From the NCBI GenBank assembly GCA_036676395.1, contig JAKFCY010000002.1, forward strand, positions 416,001-480,000: DNA of 64,000 bases. Reading direction: 5' to 3'. How positions within the stretch are numbered: position 1 is the stretch's first letter; each line of letters begins with the position of its first letter. The notes under the pieces are model-generated. The model had not been told where the DNA came from and made no database searches. It worked only from the letters and a program-made list of their open reading frames with translations. This DNA comes from Bdellovibrio sp. GTDB taxonomy: Bacteria > Bdellovibrionota > Bdellovibrionia > Bdellovibrionales > Bdellovibrionaceae. A program made the position numbers and the translations under genes. Of the stretch, positions 38,640 through 47,844 are shown piece after piece.

Positions 38640-39179
38640 ATGAAAAATTTAATTATGATTTGTTCTTTAGTATTAGTTGGTCAAATTGCAAATGCTGGTG
38701 GGTTTGTTGAGCCGTATATTGGTTATGCTAACAGCAAGCTTGAAGGTACATTCATTCCAGCTCTCGGTGGCACAAGTACTGAGTCAAAAGTTAAAGGACC
38801 TGTTTTAGGTTTACGTGCTGGTTATCAATTCGTATTGCCTTGGGTTGCATTAGAGGTCTCTCAATTTAACGGCGAAGATGATAGCAGTCCATCGAACGAT
38901 GTAAAAGGTACTGATATCGGCGTAACGGCTGGATTAAGCTTACCAATCGTACGCCCGTATGCAGGCTATGTTTTTTCATCTAAAACTGAAGTTGGGTCTA
39001 CTGAGTATACAGGTACAGCTATGAAAGTTGGCGTTGGTTTCGGATTCTTGCCATTAGTTCACTTAAATGTTGAGCTTATCAACACTGAGTTCAAAGAAAT
39101 TAATGGTAATGATATTGGCGTATTCTTTTCAGATCTTAAATCTAAAACGACAGCTTTCACAATCAGTTACGTATTCTAA
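38640..39179 (+). CDS. Small outer-membrane beta-barrel protein (OmpA/OmpW-type 8-strand)
   Basis: AAGGAG RBS, signal peptide (ANA-G), alternating strands, terminal Phe (SYVF). Confidence 0.85.
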   Translation: MKNLIMICSLVLVGQIANAGGFVEPYIGYANSKLEGTFIPALGGTSTESKVKGPVLGLRAGYQFVLPWVALEVSQFNGEDDSSPSNDVKGTDIGVTAGLSLPIVRPYAGYVFSSKTEVGSTEYTGTAMKVGVGFGFLPLVHLNVELINTEFKEINGNDIGVFFSDLKSKTTAFTISYVF

Positions 39180-39206
39180 TCTAAATTTGATTGCGAATTT
39201 AAAAAC

Positions 39207-39238
39207 AAAAAAGCCAGGCTCAACACCTGGCTTTTTTT
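39207..39238. terminator. Bidirectional intrinsic terminator
   Basis: AAAAAAGCCAGG-N7-CCTGGCTTTTTTT between convergent genes. Confidence 0.88.
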
Positions 39239-39263
39239 ATTCCTAAAATCGAATTTCAAGAAA

Positions 39264-39731
39264 CTATTTAAAAATACAAGATAACGTGCGCTCATCACCA
39301 GCGATGTATTCAACGAAAGTAAGTTGTACTGAATCTTTAGAATTCTTCTCAATCTTAACATCTTGGTAGCTGTCAGAAAAATCCTGTTTAATTGTAATAC
39401 CTTTTTCAGTTTCACTAACGTTGAATAAGATATCGCTTACGTATTCTTCAAAAATTAAGGCTTGAGCATATTCATCAGCTGATGATTTCATCGAAAGCTC
39501 TTCTTCGCCGGTTTTAGTGTTAATTGCCAATTCGCAGGCATTACCTTCGGTAGACACGCCCTGTTGGATACCTTCAGGTAGGCCACCTTCACGTAATAGC
39601 TGCATGAGTTGGCTTTTGTTCAATAATTTATCGCTTGGAGTTGCATCTGCTGCAAAAGAAACAGAATTTACTCCATAAACTAAAGTTAAACTTACGGTAA
39701 GCGTTTTAAGCGTTTGGGCTAATATTTTCAC
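39264..39731 (-). CDS. Hypothetical secreted beta-rich protein
   Basis: GTG start preceded by AGGAG, signal peptide (SFA-A), two Cys. Confidence 0.7.
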   Translation of the reverse strand: MKILAQTLKTLTVSLTLVYGVNSVSFAADATPSDKLLNKSQLMQLLREGGLPEGIQQGVSTEGNACELAINTKTGEEELSMKSSADEYAQALIFEEYVSDILFNVSETEKGITIKQDFSDSYQDVKIEKNSKDSVQLTFVEYIAGDERTLSCIFK

Positions 39732-39848
39732 TCGAGAACTCCTTTGGGGTTAAGGTATTAAACACTGCCAAGATACTATGCAAAAACGGTTTTGGGTGGG
39801 AATACTGCAACCCTTGAAGAAAAGTTAGAACTGTCCAAACCTTAGACA

Positions 39849-39877
39849 TTGATTCCGCTCTAAAAATGCAGTAATTT
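39849..39877 (+). promoter_or_regulatory. Sigma70-like promoter of metK
   Basis: TTGATT-N17-TAATTT. Confidence 0.5.
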
Positions 39878-39914
39878 TCAATAGTTTTTAACGAAGTATA
39901 AGGAATAGAAAAAG

Positions 39915-41084
39915 ATGAAAAATTATATTTTTACTAGCGAGTCAGTTTCTGAAGGTCACCCAGATAAAATGGCGGATCAAATCAGTGATTCAATTCTTGA
40001 TGCTATCTTAGCGCAAGATCCGAAAGGCCGCGTTGCCTGTGAAACATTATTAACAACTGGTCTTATTGTTGTTGGCGGCGAAATTTCGACTTCTGCAAAA
40101 ATTAATTTTACAGATATCGCCCGTGATGCTGTTAGACGCATTGGTTATGATCACTCTGATAAAGGTTTTGATTACAAAACTTGTGCGGTGATGATTGCTG
40201 TTGGTCAACAGTCTCCAGATATCGCTCAGGGTGTTAAAGACACTGGTTCTGATGAACAAGGTGCTGGCGATCAAGGTTTAATGTTTGGTTATGCAACGAA
40301 TGAAACTCCTGAGTTCATGCCGTTATCTTTATCTTTATCTCACAAATTAGTTAAAGACTTAGCAGCGCTTCGTAAAGAAGGTCGCGTTAACTGGTTACGT
40401 CCTGATGCTAAATCTCAAGTTTCTATTCAGTATGAAAATGGAGTTGCTAAGCGTATTGATACAATCGTTTTATCTACTCAGCATGCTGATTCAGTTTCAA
40501 ATGCTGATCTTAAAGCTTTCATCATGGAAGAACTTGTTCAAAAATCTATTCCATCTAAATGGGTTGATAGCAAAACTAAATTTCACATCAATCCAACTGG
40601 CCGTTTCGTAACGGGTGGTCCGATGGGTGATGCAGGTCTTACAGGTCGTAAGATCATCGTAGATACTTACGGTGGTCACGGTGCCCACGGTGGTGGTGCA
40701 TTCTCTGGTAAAGATCCTTCTAAAGTAGATCGTTCAGCGGCATATGCTGCTCGTCACGTAGCTAAAAATATCGTAGCTGCTGGCTTAGCTGAGAAATGTT
40801 TAGTTCAGGTATCATATGCAATTGGTGTTGCTGAACCAGTTTCTATCGCCGTAAATGATTACGGAACTTCAGTTGTTGGATCTGAAAGATTAGCTGAAGC
40901 GGTTAAAAAAGTTTGGGATCTACGCCCATCTCGTATTGTAAAAGAATTTGATTTATTAAAACCAATTTATGTTCCGACAGCGGCTTATGGTCACTTCGGT
41001 CGCGAAGAAAACTTAGATAAAGGTTTCTTCTCTTGGGAAAAAGTAAACAAAATCGAACAACTAAAAGAAGCTGTAAAGTCTTAA
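39915..41084 (+). CDS. metK: S-adenosylmethionine synthetase
   Basis: [25 protein letters not shown]. Confidence 0.99.
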   Translation: MKNYIFTSESVSEGHPDKMADQISDSILDAILAQDPKGRVACETLLTTGLIVVGGEISTSAKINFTDIARDAVRRIGYDHSDKGFDYKTCAVMIAVGQQSPDIAQGVKDTGSDEQGAGDQGLMFGYATNETPEFMPLSLSLSHKLVKDLAALRKEGRVNWLRPDAKSQVSIQYENGVAKRIDTIVLSTQHADSVSNADLKAFIMEELVQKSIPSKWVDSKTKFHINPTGRFVTGGPMGDAGLTGRKIIVDTYGGHGAHGGGAFSGKDPSKVDRSAAYAARHVAKNIVAAGLAEKCLVQVSYAIGVAEPVSIAVNDYGTSVVGSERLAEAVKKVWDLRPSRIVKEFDLLKPIYVPTAAYGHFGREENLDKGFFSWEKVNKIEQLKEAVKS

Positions 41085-41108
41085 TGAGTATTGAGCCGGA
41101 GGCTTATT

Positions 41109-42917
41109 TTGAGTACAGATCCTAAGTACATTAGAAATTTTTCGATCATCGCCCACATCGACCACGGTAAATCTACTTTGGCCGATGCGCTGCTATCGTA
41201 TACGGGTTCATTATCTGACCGTGAACAGAAAGATCAATTTCTAGATAATATGGATCTTGAGCGCGAGCGCGGAATCACGATTAAGGCGCAAACTGTGTGC
41301 CTAAGTTACCGTTCAACGGTTGATAAACAATTGTATCAATTAAATTTAATCGATACGCCGGGGCACGTGGATTTCTCGTACGAAGTTTCTCGTTCTTTGG
41401 CAGCTTGTGAAGGCGCAATTCTAGTCGTTGATGCCGCACAAGGTGTTGAAGCGCAAACATTGGCTAACGTTTATTTAGCGTTAGAAAATAATTTAGAAAT
41501 TATTCCTGTTTTAAATAAAGTCGATCTTCCTACCGCTGATCCGGTGGGCGTAGCTAAACAAATCGAAGACACTGTTGGTCTTGATTGTACTGACATCGTG
41601 CACGCGTCGGCGAAAGAAAAGATCGGTATTGCTGAAATTCTTGAAGCGGTGATTGCAAAAGTTCCACCTCCTAAAGAAAATCGTTCTTCAATTTTACGCG
41701 GCTTAATTTTCGATTCATGGTTCGATGCTTATCAAGGCGTTGTAATCCTGGTGCGCGTAATGGAAGGCATGATCAAAAAAGGCGATAAAATTAAATTCAT
41801 GGCCACTGATCGTGATTATGAAGTTTTACGTATGGGTAAATACACTCCATTTCCAGATTTCGTTGATAATCTAGATTCAGGCGAAGTGGGCTTTATCATT
41901 TGCGGTATTAAAGATATTCGCGATGTTAAAGTGGGCGATACTGTGACATCGGCTAAAAATGGCGCGACTGAACAATTGCCTGGTTTCCAAAAAGTTAAAC
42001 CGATGGTTTTCGCAGGTATTTTTCCTGTCGTAGCCAGCGAATATCAAAACTTAAAAGATGCATTAGATAAATTATGTCTTAACGATTCTTCATTATCATT
42101 CGAAGTCGAAAAATCATTAGCTCTTGGTTTTGGATACCGTTGCGGCTTCTTAGGTCTTCTGCATATGGAGATCGTGCAAGAACGCTTAGAGCGCGAATTT
42201 AACTTAAATTTAATCACGACTGCTCCAACGGTTGTTTATCGTATTACTAAAAACGACGGCACTGTTTTAATGTTAGAAAATCCATCAGGAATGCCTGATG
42301 AAACGCAGATTCAGTTAATGGAAGAGCCTTATGTTAAAGTCACTCTCCATACGCCAACTGATTACATCGGAAGTCTTATCAAACTTTGTGAAGATAAGCG
42401 CGGTATTCAGCAAAGAATGGAATACGTAAACGAGAAAAAAGTGATCATTGAATATCATCTGCCGATGAATGAAATGGTTATGGATTTCTATGATCGTTTA
42501 AAATCAATTACTAAAGGTTATGCCTCATTAGAGTATGAATTTTTAGATTTCCGTGAAGCTGATCTGGTTAAGATGGATATCTTAATCAATAGCGAACCGG
42601 TTGATGCTTTATCTATTATTATTCACCGCTCTAAAGCTGTGACGCGTGGTCGTCAGCTAGCTGAAAAGATGAAAGAGCTTATCCCTCGTCAACAATACCA
42701 AGTGAATATTCAAGCTTCATTAGGAGCTAAGATTATTGCACGCGAGACATTAGGGGCCATCAGAAAAGACGTGACGGCGAAATGTTATGGTGGTGACATA
42801 TCTAGGAAGCGTAAATTATTAGAAAAACAAAAAGAGGGTAAAAAACGCATGAAGCAAATCGGCTCTGTCGATGTGCCTCAGGAAGCCTTCTTAGCAATTC
42901 TAAAAATCGAAGACTAG
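41109..42917 (+). CDS. lepA: Translation elongation factor 4
   Basis: [32 protein letters not shown]; start placed at TTG 41109 (GGAGG RBS). Confidence 0.98.
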   Translation: MSTDPKYIRNFSIIAHIDHGKSTLADALLSYTGSLSDREQKDQFLDNMDLERERGITIKAQTVCLSYRSTVDKQLYQLNLIDTPGHVDFSYEVSRSLAACEGAILVVDAAQGVEAQTLANVYLALENNLEIIPVLNKVDLPTADPVGVAKQIEDTVGLDCTDIVHASAKEKIGIAEILEAVIAKVPPPKENRSSILRGLIFDSWFDAYQGVVILVRVMEGMIKKGDKIKFMATDRDYEVLRMGKYTPFPDFVDNLDSGEVGFIICGIKDIRDVKVGDTVTSAKNGATEQLPGFQKVKPMVFAGIFPVVASEYQNLKDALDKLCLNDSSLSFEVEKSLALGFGYRCGFLGLLHMEIVQERLEREFNLNLITTAPTVVYRITKNDGTVLMLENPSGMPDETQIQLMEEPYVKVTLHTPTDYIGSLIKLCEDKRGIQQRMEYVNEKKVIIEYHLPMNEMVMDFYDRLKSITKGYASLEYEFLDFREADLVKMDILINSEPVDALSIIIHRSKAVTRGRQLAEKMKELIPRQQYQVNIQASLGAKIIARETLGAIRKDVTAKCYGGDISRKRKLLEKQKEGKKRMKQIGSVDVPQEAFLAILKIED

Positions 42918-42940
42918 GGGCTACTACGCCCGGGATTTTT

Positions 42941-43747
42941 ATGTCTGAAAAAAGCAAAGCCGAAAAGTATAATGGCTGGGATTTCACAAATAAACTTTTT
43001 TGGACCGAAGGTTGGGGCTCAATGGCTCTGGCCATCTTGGCCGCTTTAACAATTCGTTGGTTATTATTAGAAGCGTATGTGATTCCATCAGGTTCAATGC
43101 TTCCCACACTATTAGTTAATGATCATATTTTCGTAAACAAAATCACTTATGGTGTGCGTGTACCTTTTAGCGAAAACTGGTTAGTGAAATTTCGCGAACC
43201 AGAACGTGGCGAAATCGTAGTTTTTAAATATCCCGTAGATCCAAGCACATTTTTCATTAAACGAATTGTTGGTTTATCTGGTGATCGTATTAAGTTTGAT
43301 AACGGTGCTTTATTTATTAACGGTGAATTACAAGAAAAAATCGTTCCAAAAACGAATTGGAATTTCGACTGGCTTCGTGAAGAGGATTTTTCAAGTAGCG
43401 ATGGCATGTATAAAGATTCAAAATCAAATTACATCCATTTTTTCGAAGAACTTAACGACGGAAAAAGCGGTAAAATCGAACACAGTATTCTGATGAAAAA
43501 ATCGCAAGTGATGGGTTTTTCAGGTGATGGTGAATGGGTTGTGCCTGAAGATAGTTTATTTGTGATGGGTGATAACCGTTACAATTCTCATGATTCACGT
43601 TTTTGGGGTTATATGCCTAAGAAAAACATCTTAGGCCGTGCAAGTTTTGTTTGGTTAAGCTGCGACGAAATGGTGCCGTTCATTCCAGTTATTTGTAATC
43701 CTTTAACAATCCGTTGGCGCAGATTCTTCCATAATGTCACTCATTAG
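42941..43747 (+). CDS. lepB: Signal peptidase I (copy 1)
   Basis: PSGSMLPTL (catalytic Ser), FIKRIVG (catalytic Lys), GDNRYNSHDSR. Confidence 0.95.
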   Translation: MSEKSKAEKYNGWDFTNKLFWTEGWGSMALAILAALTIRWLLLEAYVIPSGSMLPTLLVNDHIFVNKITYGVRVPFSENWLVKFREPERGEIVVFKYPVDPSTFFIKRIVGLSGDRIKFDNGALFINGELQEKIVPKTNWNFDWLREEDFSSSDGMYKDSKSNYIHFFEELNDGKSGKIEHSILMKKSQVMGFSGDGEWVVPEDSLFVMGDNRYNSHDSRFWGYMPKKNILGRASFVWLSCDEMVPFIPVICNPLTIRWRRFFHNVTH

Positions 43748-44471
43748 GCCTAAAAAAGGCCAGCAAGGTCGCTGGCCCAATGCGCTTTTACTGTTCTTTT
43801 TACCTCTGATTTTATTTTTTTCATTTCGTTGGCTCGTGCTTGAGACGTTTGTAATTCCGTCTGAAAGCATGGTGCCGAATTTATTAATTCATGATCACAT
43901 TTTGGTGCAAAAGTATGTTTACGGTTTAAAGCCCCTCATGGGCGATGGCTGGCTGATTAATTGGTCAGAACCTAAACGTGGTGAAGTCGTGGTTTTTCGC
44001 TATCCAGATAATCGGGATGTCTTTTTTATTAAACGCTTAGTGGGTTTACCGGGTGATAAAATCGAAATTAACGGTATGAATGTCAAAGTTAACGGCGAAC
44101 TTTTAGATCTAAAAACTGTCGATAAACCTGAAAAAGAAATTACTTTTCGCGTCGCTTTCCAGCCTCCGGCAGAATATTACCGCGAAACTTTAGACGATCA
44201 TACTCACTTTGTGCGTTTTGAAGGTGAAGCCGCTTCCGCTATAGAATTACAGCCGAAAACTTTCGAAGTCGGTAAAGATAGCTATTTTGTGATGGGCGAT
44301 AATCGTTACAATTCGCAAGATTCTCGTTTTTGGGGCAATTTACCTAAAGATTTGTTGGTGGGGCGTGCGCGCTATATCTGGTTTAGCTGCGAAAAGATGT
44401 TAGAAGCGGCACCTTATATTTGTGATCCGTTAAGCTTGCGTCTTGAGCGATTATTCAAGACAATAAATTAA
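43734..44471 (+). CDS. lepB: Signal peptidase I (copy 2)
   Basis: PSESMVPNL, FIKRLVG, GDNRYNSQDSR. Confidence 0.92.
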   Translation: MSLIRPKKGQQGRWPNALLLFFLPLILFFSFRWLVLETFVIPSESMVPNLLIHDHILVQKYVYGLKPLMGDGWLINWSEPKRGEVVVFRYPDNRDVFFIKRLVGLPGDKIEINGMNVKVNGELLDLKTVDKPEKEITFRVAFQPPAEYYRETLDDHTHFVRFEGEAASAIELQPKTFEVGKDSYFVMGDNRYNSQDSRFWGNLPKDLLVGRARYIWFSCEKMLEAAPYICDPLSLRLERLFKTIN

Positions 44472-45104
44472 ATGAATAAAAAAATGTCGACTTTTTCATG
44501 GATCATCGGGGCTATCATTTTAGCTATCTTTTTGCGTGTGGTTTTCATCGGTGTTTTCAAAGTTCCAACAATCACGATGGCGCCGACCTTGTTAGCTGGT
44601 GATTTTATTATTTCAAATAAGTTAGCTTACGGTATAAAAGAAAAAAAACCTGAACGTGGTGACGTGATTGTTTTTACCCGTACTGAAAAGCTTGGGCAGT
44701 ATTTTATTAAACGGGTTGTGGGTATACCGGGAGATGTAGTTTCCATTGGAGCCGGCGAACTTTCGGTAAACGGCGAAAAGTGTAGTTATACGTCTGAACA
44801 AAAGATCGAAAACTTCGAAATTTTCAAAGAAACTTGTTTAAATTCTGAGCGTCGTATTTTGCGAGCCCTCACTGGCCAGTTAAAAACTCCCGATATGGCG
44901 ACGGTTACCTTAAAAGAGGGTGAATTTTTTGTTTTGGGTGATAATCGCGATGCCAGCGAAGACTCTAGAGATTGGGGGCCGATCGGCTCTGATCAAGTTT
45001 CTGGCAAGGCTCAGTTGATCTGGCTTTCGGTGGGTTCAACGCAAGACTCCATTTCTCAAGAAAAAGGGCTTAGACTCAGTCGTTTTTTGACAACGATTCA
45101 CTAA
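44472..45104 (+). CDS. lepB: Signal peptidase I-like (copy 3, catalytic Ser replaced by Thr)
   Basis: PTITMAPTL, FIKRVVG, GDNRDASEDSR. Confidence 0.85.
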   Translation: MNKKMSTFSWIIGAIILAIFLRVVFIGVFKVPTITMAPTLLAGDFIISNKLAYGIKEKKPERGDVIVFTRTEKLGQYFIKRVVGIPGDVVSIGAGELSVNGEKCSYTSEQKIENFEIFKETCLNSERRILRALTGQLKTPDMATVTLKEGEFFVLGDNRDASEDSRDWGPIGSDQVSGKAQLIWLSVGSTQDSISQEKGLRLSRFLTTIH

Positions 45105-45116
45105 ATTTGTTACCGT
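45087..45116 (+). promoter_or_regulatory. Sigma70-like promoter of pyrB (near-leaderless)
   Basis: TTGACA-N18-(TGt)TACCGT, 8 nt before the ATG; no SD. Confidence 0.55.
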
Positions 45117-45124
45117 AAATTTCA

Positions 45125-46051
45125 ATGTCTACGAGCTCGCCAAAAAACATTATCCGCTCTGTCATTGATCTGAAGTCAGCAACATCCACTGAAATTTACT
45201 CTCTATTTGAATCAGCCATGAAATTGAAAAACGATTTCTCGGCAGTCAAAGATATTCCGCAAAAAGGAATTGCTGCACTTTTATTTTTTGAACCCAGCAC
45301 GCGCACAAGGTTCAGCTTCGAAGCGGCTTGTGCAAGATCCGGTGTTTACCCGTTGGTCTTAAGCGGCTCTGTGGGTACCAGTCTTGAAAAAGACGAAACA
45401 CTAGAAGACACGGTTTTGAATATAGAGGCTATGAAGCCTCTTTTTTTTGTAATCCGCGCTCCTGACAGTTTAGATCTTCGCCAGATGGCCGAAAACATCC
45501 ACACGCCGATTATCAATGCTGGTTGGGGTAAGCAAGGTCATCCGACTCAGTCTTTGCTTGATATGTTAACGGTTTATGAAAACTTCAAAGGCGTCGAAGG
45601 TAAAAAAATTCTTTTCGTCGGAGATGTTAAGCATTCTCGCGTAGTTAGCTCGCACCTAGAACTTGCAAAAATTCTGGGTTATAAAATTGGTTATGCTTGC
45701 CCAGCAAGCTTTCTACCCGAATCTTTAGATCGCGAAGTCATGTACTTTAGCCAACTTAAAGACGGTATGCAGTGGGCAGATGCGGTTGTTGCCCTAAGAG
45801 TTCAAAAAGAACGTCATCAGAACACTAAATTTTCAGTTGAAGAATACAGAAAACAATTCAGCATTAATAACTCTACGCTTGAGTATTTTCGAGCAGATGG
45901 TTTATTAATGCATCCAGGACCCATCAATTACGGTATTGAATTGGAAAAAGAAGTGTTACAAGATTCACGTTCGCAAGTATTAAAATTAGTTGAAAATGGA
46001 GCCTTCATCCGTGAAGCGCTTATTCGTCAAGTTTTACAGAGGATTTCATAA
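45125..46051 (+). CDS. pyrB: Aspartate carbamoyltransferase catalytic subunit
   Basis: FFEPSTRT, HPTQSLLD, HSRV, RVQKER, MHPGP. Confidence 0.96.
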   Translation: MSTSSPKNIIRSVIDLKSATSTEIYSLFESAMKLKNDFSAVKDIPQKGIAALLFFEPSTRTRFSFEAACARSGVYPLVLSGSVGTSLEKDETLEDTVLNIEAMKPLFFVIRAPDSLDLRQMAENIHTPIINAGWGKQGHPTQSLLDMLTVYENFKGVEGKKILFVGDVKHSRVVSSHLELAKILGYKIGYACPASFLPESLDREVMYFSQLKDGMQWADAVVALRVQKERHQNTKFSVEEYRKQFSINNSTLEYFRADGLLMHPGPINYGIELEKEVLQDSRSQVLKLVENGAFIREALIRQVLQRIS

Positions 46052-47163
46052 TGCTAAACAGATATTTAGTTTTAGAAGATGGAAAAGTTTTCAGCGGTGA
46101 AGCCTTAGCTGCACAAAAAGAATTCCCTGAAATGGCAGGAGAAGTTGTTTTCAATACCACTCACTCAGGTTACGAAGAAATTGCGACAGATCCATCCTAC
46201 ATGAATCAAATCATCGTCATGACTGCACCTATGCAAGGGAACTACGGGGTTGATGACACGGTTTGGGAATCTAAAAAAATCTGGATCAAAGGTTTTGTTT
46301 GCCTACAAATGCAATATAGCAAGGGCAATTCATCTTGGGCGCAACGCCTGATGGATCATCAAGTTCCAATCTTAACTGAAGTTGATACCAGAAAATTAGT
46401 GATCGAATTACGCCAGCAAGGCACTCCTTGGGGAGCACTTGTGCAAGCGGCTAATGAATCAGCGGCTCGTGAGCGCGCCAACACTTTAATTACAAAAGCT
46501 AAACAAGTCGATAATGACTGGGTTTGGGAAGCTTCTCGTAAAGAAGCGCAAGAAATTATCGGCGATAATTTAAATGGTCCGCGTGTAGCGGTTTTAGATT
46601 TCGGAGCCAAAGAAAATATTTTACGTGAATTAAAAAAGCGCTGCAGCCACTTAAAAGTTTTTCCATCACGCGCTGATGCTAAAACGATTGAAGCTTATAA
46701 GCCAGATGGCCTTATGTTAACGAATGGTCCGGGTGATCCAGCAGAAGTAAAACAAGCACCAGAAACAATTCGCCATTTTATCGGAAAACTTCCGGTGTTT
46801 GGAATTTGCATGGGGCACCAAGTTTTATCTATCGCTTTGGGAGCAAAAACTTACAAACTTAAATTCGGGCATCGCGGGGCTAATCATCCAATTCAAGATC
46901 GCATTTTAGATTCAATCTACATGTCGAGCCAAAATCACGGTTACGCCGTCGACATGAAAACTCTTCCAGAACATGTTTTAGTAACACATGTAAATTTAAA
47001 CGATCAAACAGTCGCCGGATTTTTCTCAGAAAAACAAAATTGTCTTGGTATTCAATATCATCCAGAAAGTCATCCCGGCCCACATGATGCCGTTAAGTTA
47101 TTTGATTTCTTTGTGAATAAAATGATCCAAAAAAAGGAAAAATCCACCCATGCTCACCATTGA
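46051..47163 (+). CDS. carA: Carbamoyl-phosphate synthase small chain
   Basis: GEVVFNT, TDPSY, NGPGDP, GICMGHQ, QYHPE. Confidence 0.97.
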   Translation: MLNRYLVLEDGKVFSGEALAAQKEFPEMAGEVVFNTTHSGYEEIATDPSYMNQIIVMTAPMQGNYGVDDTVWESKKIWIKGFVCLQMQYSKGNSSWAQRLMDHQVPILTEVDTRKLVIELRQQGTPWGALVQAANESAARERANTLITKAKQVDNDWVWEASRKEAQEIIGDNLNGPRVAVLDFGAKENILRELKKRCSHLKVFPSRADAKTIEAYKPDGLMLTNGPGDPAEVKQAPETIRHFIGKLPVFGICMGHQVLSIALGAKTYKLKFGHRGANHPIQDRILDSIYMSSQNHGYAVDMKTLPEHVLVTHVNLNDQTVAGFFSEKQNCLGIQYHPESHPGPHDAVKLFDFFVNKMIQKKEKSTHAHH

Positions 47164-47806
47164 ACTATTTGAGAGCTCATACAATAAATTAGTCGGGCAA
47201 TTTGCTTCTGCTAAATTCCAAGACGAGCTCAACATGGCTCGTAAAGAGTTTTTTGAAAATGCCGGCACGTTGGATGAAAATAAACCCAACTACAGTTTAA
47301 GAATGAATCAGTTTTATGACTGGTACTTTTTAACTCGGCCGCTAAAGGGCCATATGCAAACTCCGCTTATGGTTTGCAGCATTCAGCGTGAACTGCGCTT
47401 AACTGAAGAAGACGAACAAGTGATCGAGATTCTTAAAAAAGCCCGCCATTCATTATTTGAAATTGTTAAAGTAAAAAAAGATGAAATCACTTTAAAAGAT
47501 TTATTCAAAAACGAAAAAGTGACGGTGAATGCCGACCAACATATTTTTGAATTCGACGAAAAAGAAATTTTTGAAGCCCGCATTGTTGAAATTGGCGGAA
47601 AAAAATTTTTCTTAAAAGGTTTCTGCTTTCACCCAGAATCAGCACAAAAATTTATTTTGTCTGAAGTGAAGGTGTACCAAAAAAATCCAGATTTAGATCC
47701 GTCTGATTTTATGCTTCGTTTGGTTAAAATGCGTTACAAGTTTGAACAGTACCGTCATGTAAAACCAGACATGATTTACACGAACGATAACAAATTAGGA
47801 TTGTAA
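47150..47806 (+). CDS. Hypothetical cytoplasmic protein between carA and carB
   Basis: 218-aa ORF overlapping the carA stop; FYDWYFL..RHSLFE..LKDLF..FEARI pattern. Confidence 0.8.
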   Translation: MLTIELFESSYNKLVGQFASAKFQDELNMARKEFFENAGTLDENKPNYSLRMNQFYDWYFLTRPLKGHMQTPLMVCSIQRELRLTEEDEQVIEILKKARHSLFEIVKVKKDEITLKDLFKNEKVTVNADQHIFEFDEKEIFEARIVEIGGKKFFLKGFCFHPESAQKFILSEVKVYQKNPDLDPSDFMLRLVKMRYKFEQYRHVKPDMIYTNDNKLGL

Positions 47807-47844
47807 GCAAATTATGCGTGTCATAGACACGACAGGAGTTAACG

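Noticed and set aside
39732..39914. SAM riboswitch upstream of metK
   Set aside because: No SAM-I or SAM-II consensus, and the predicted promoter leaves only a ~30-nt leader.
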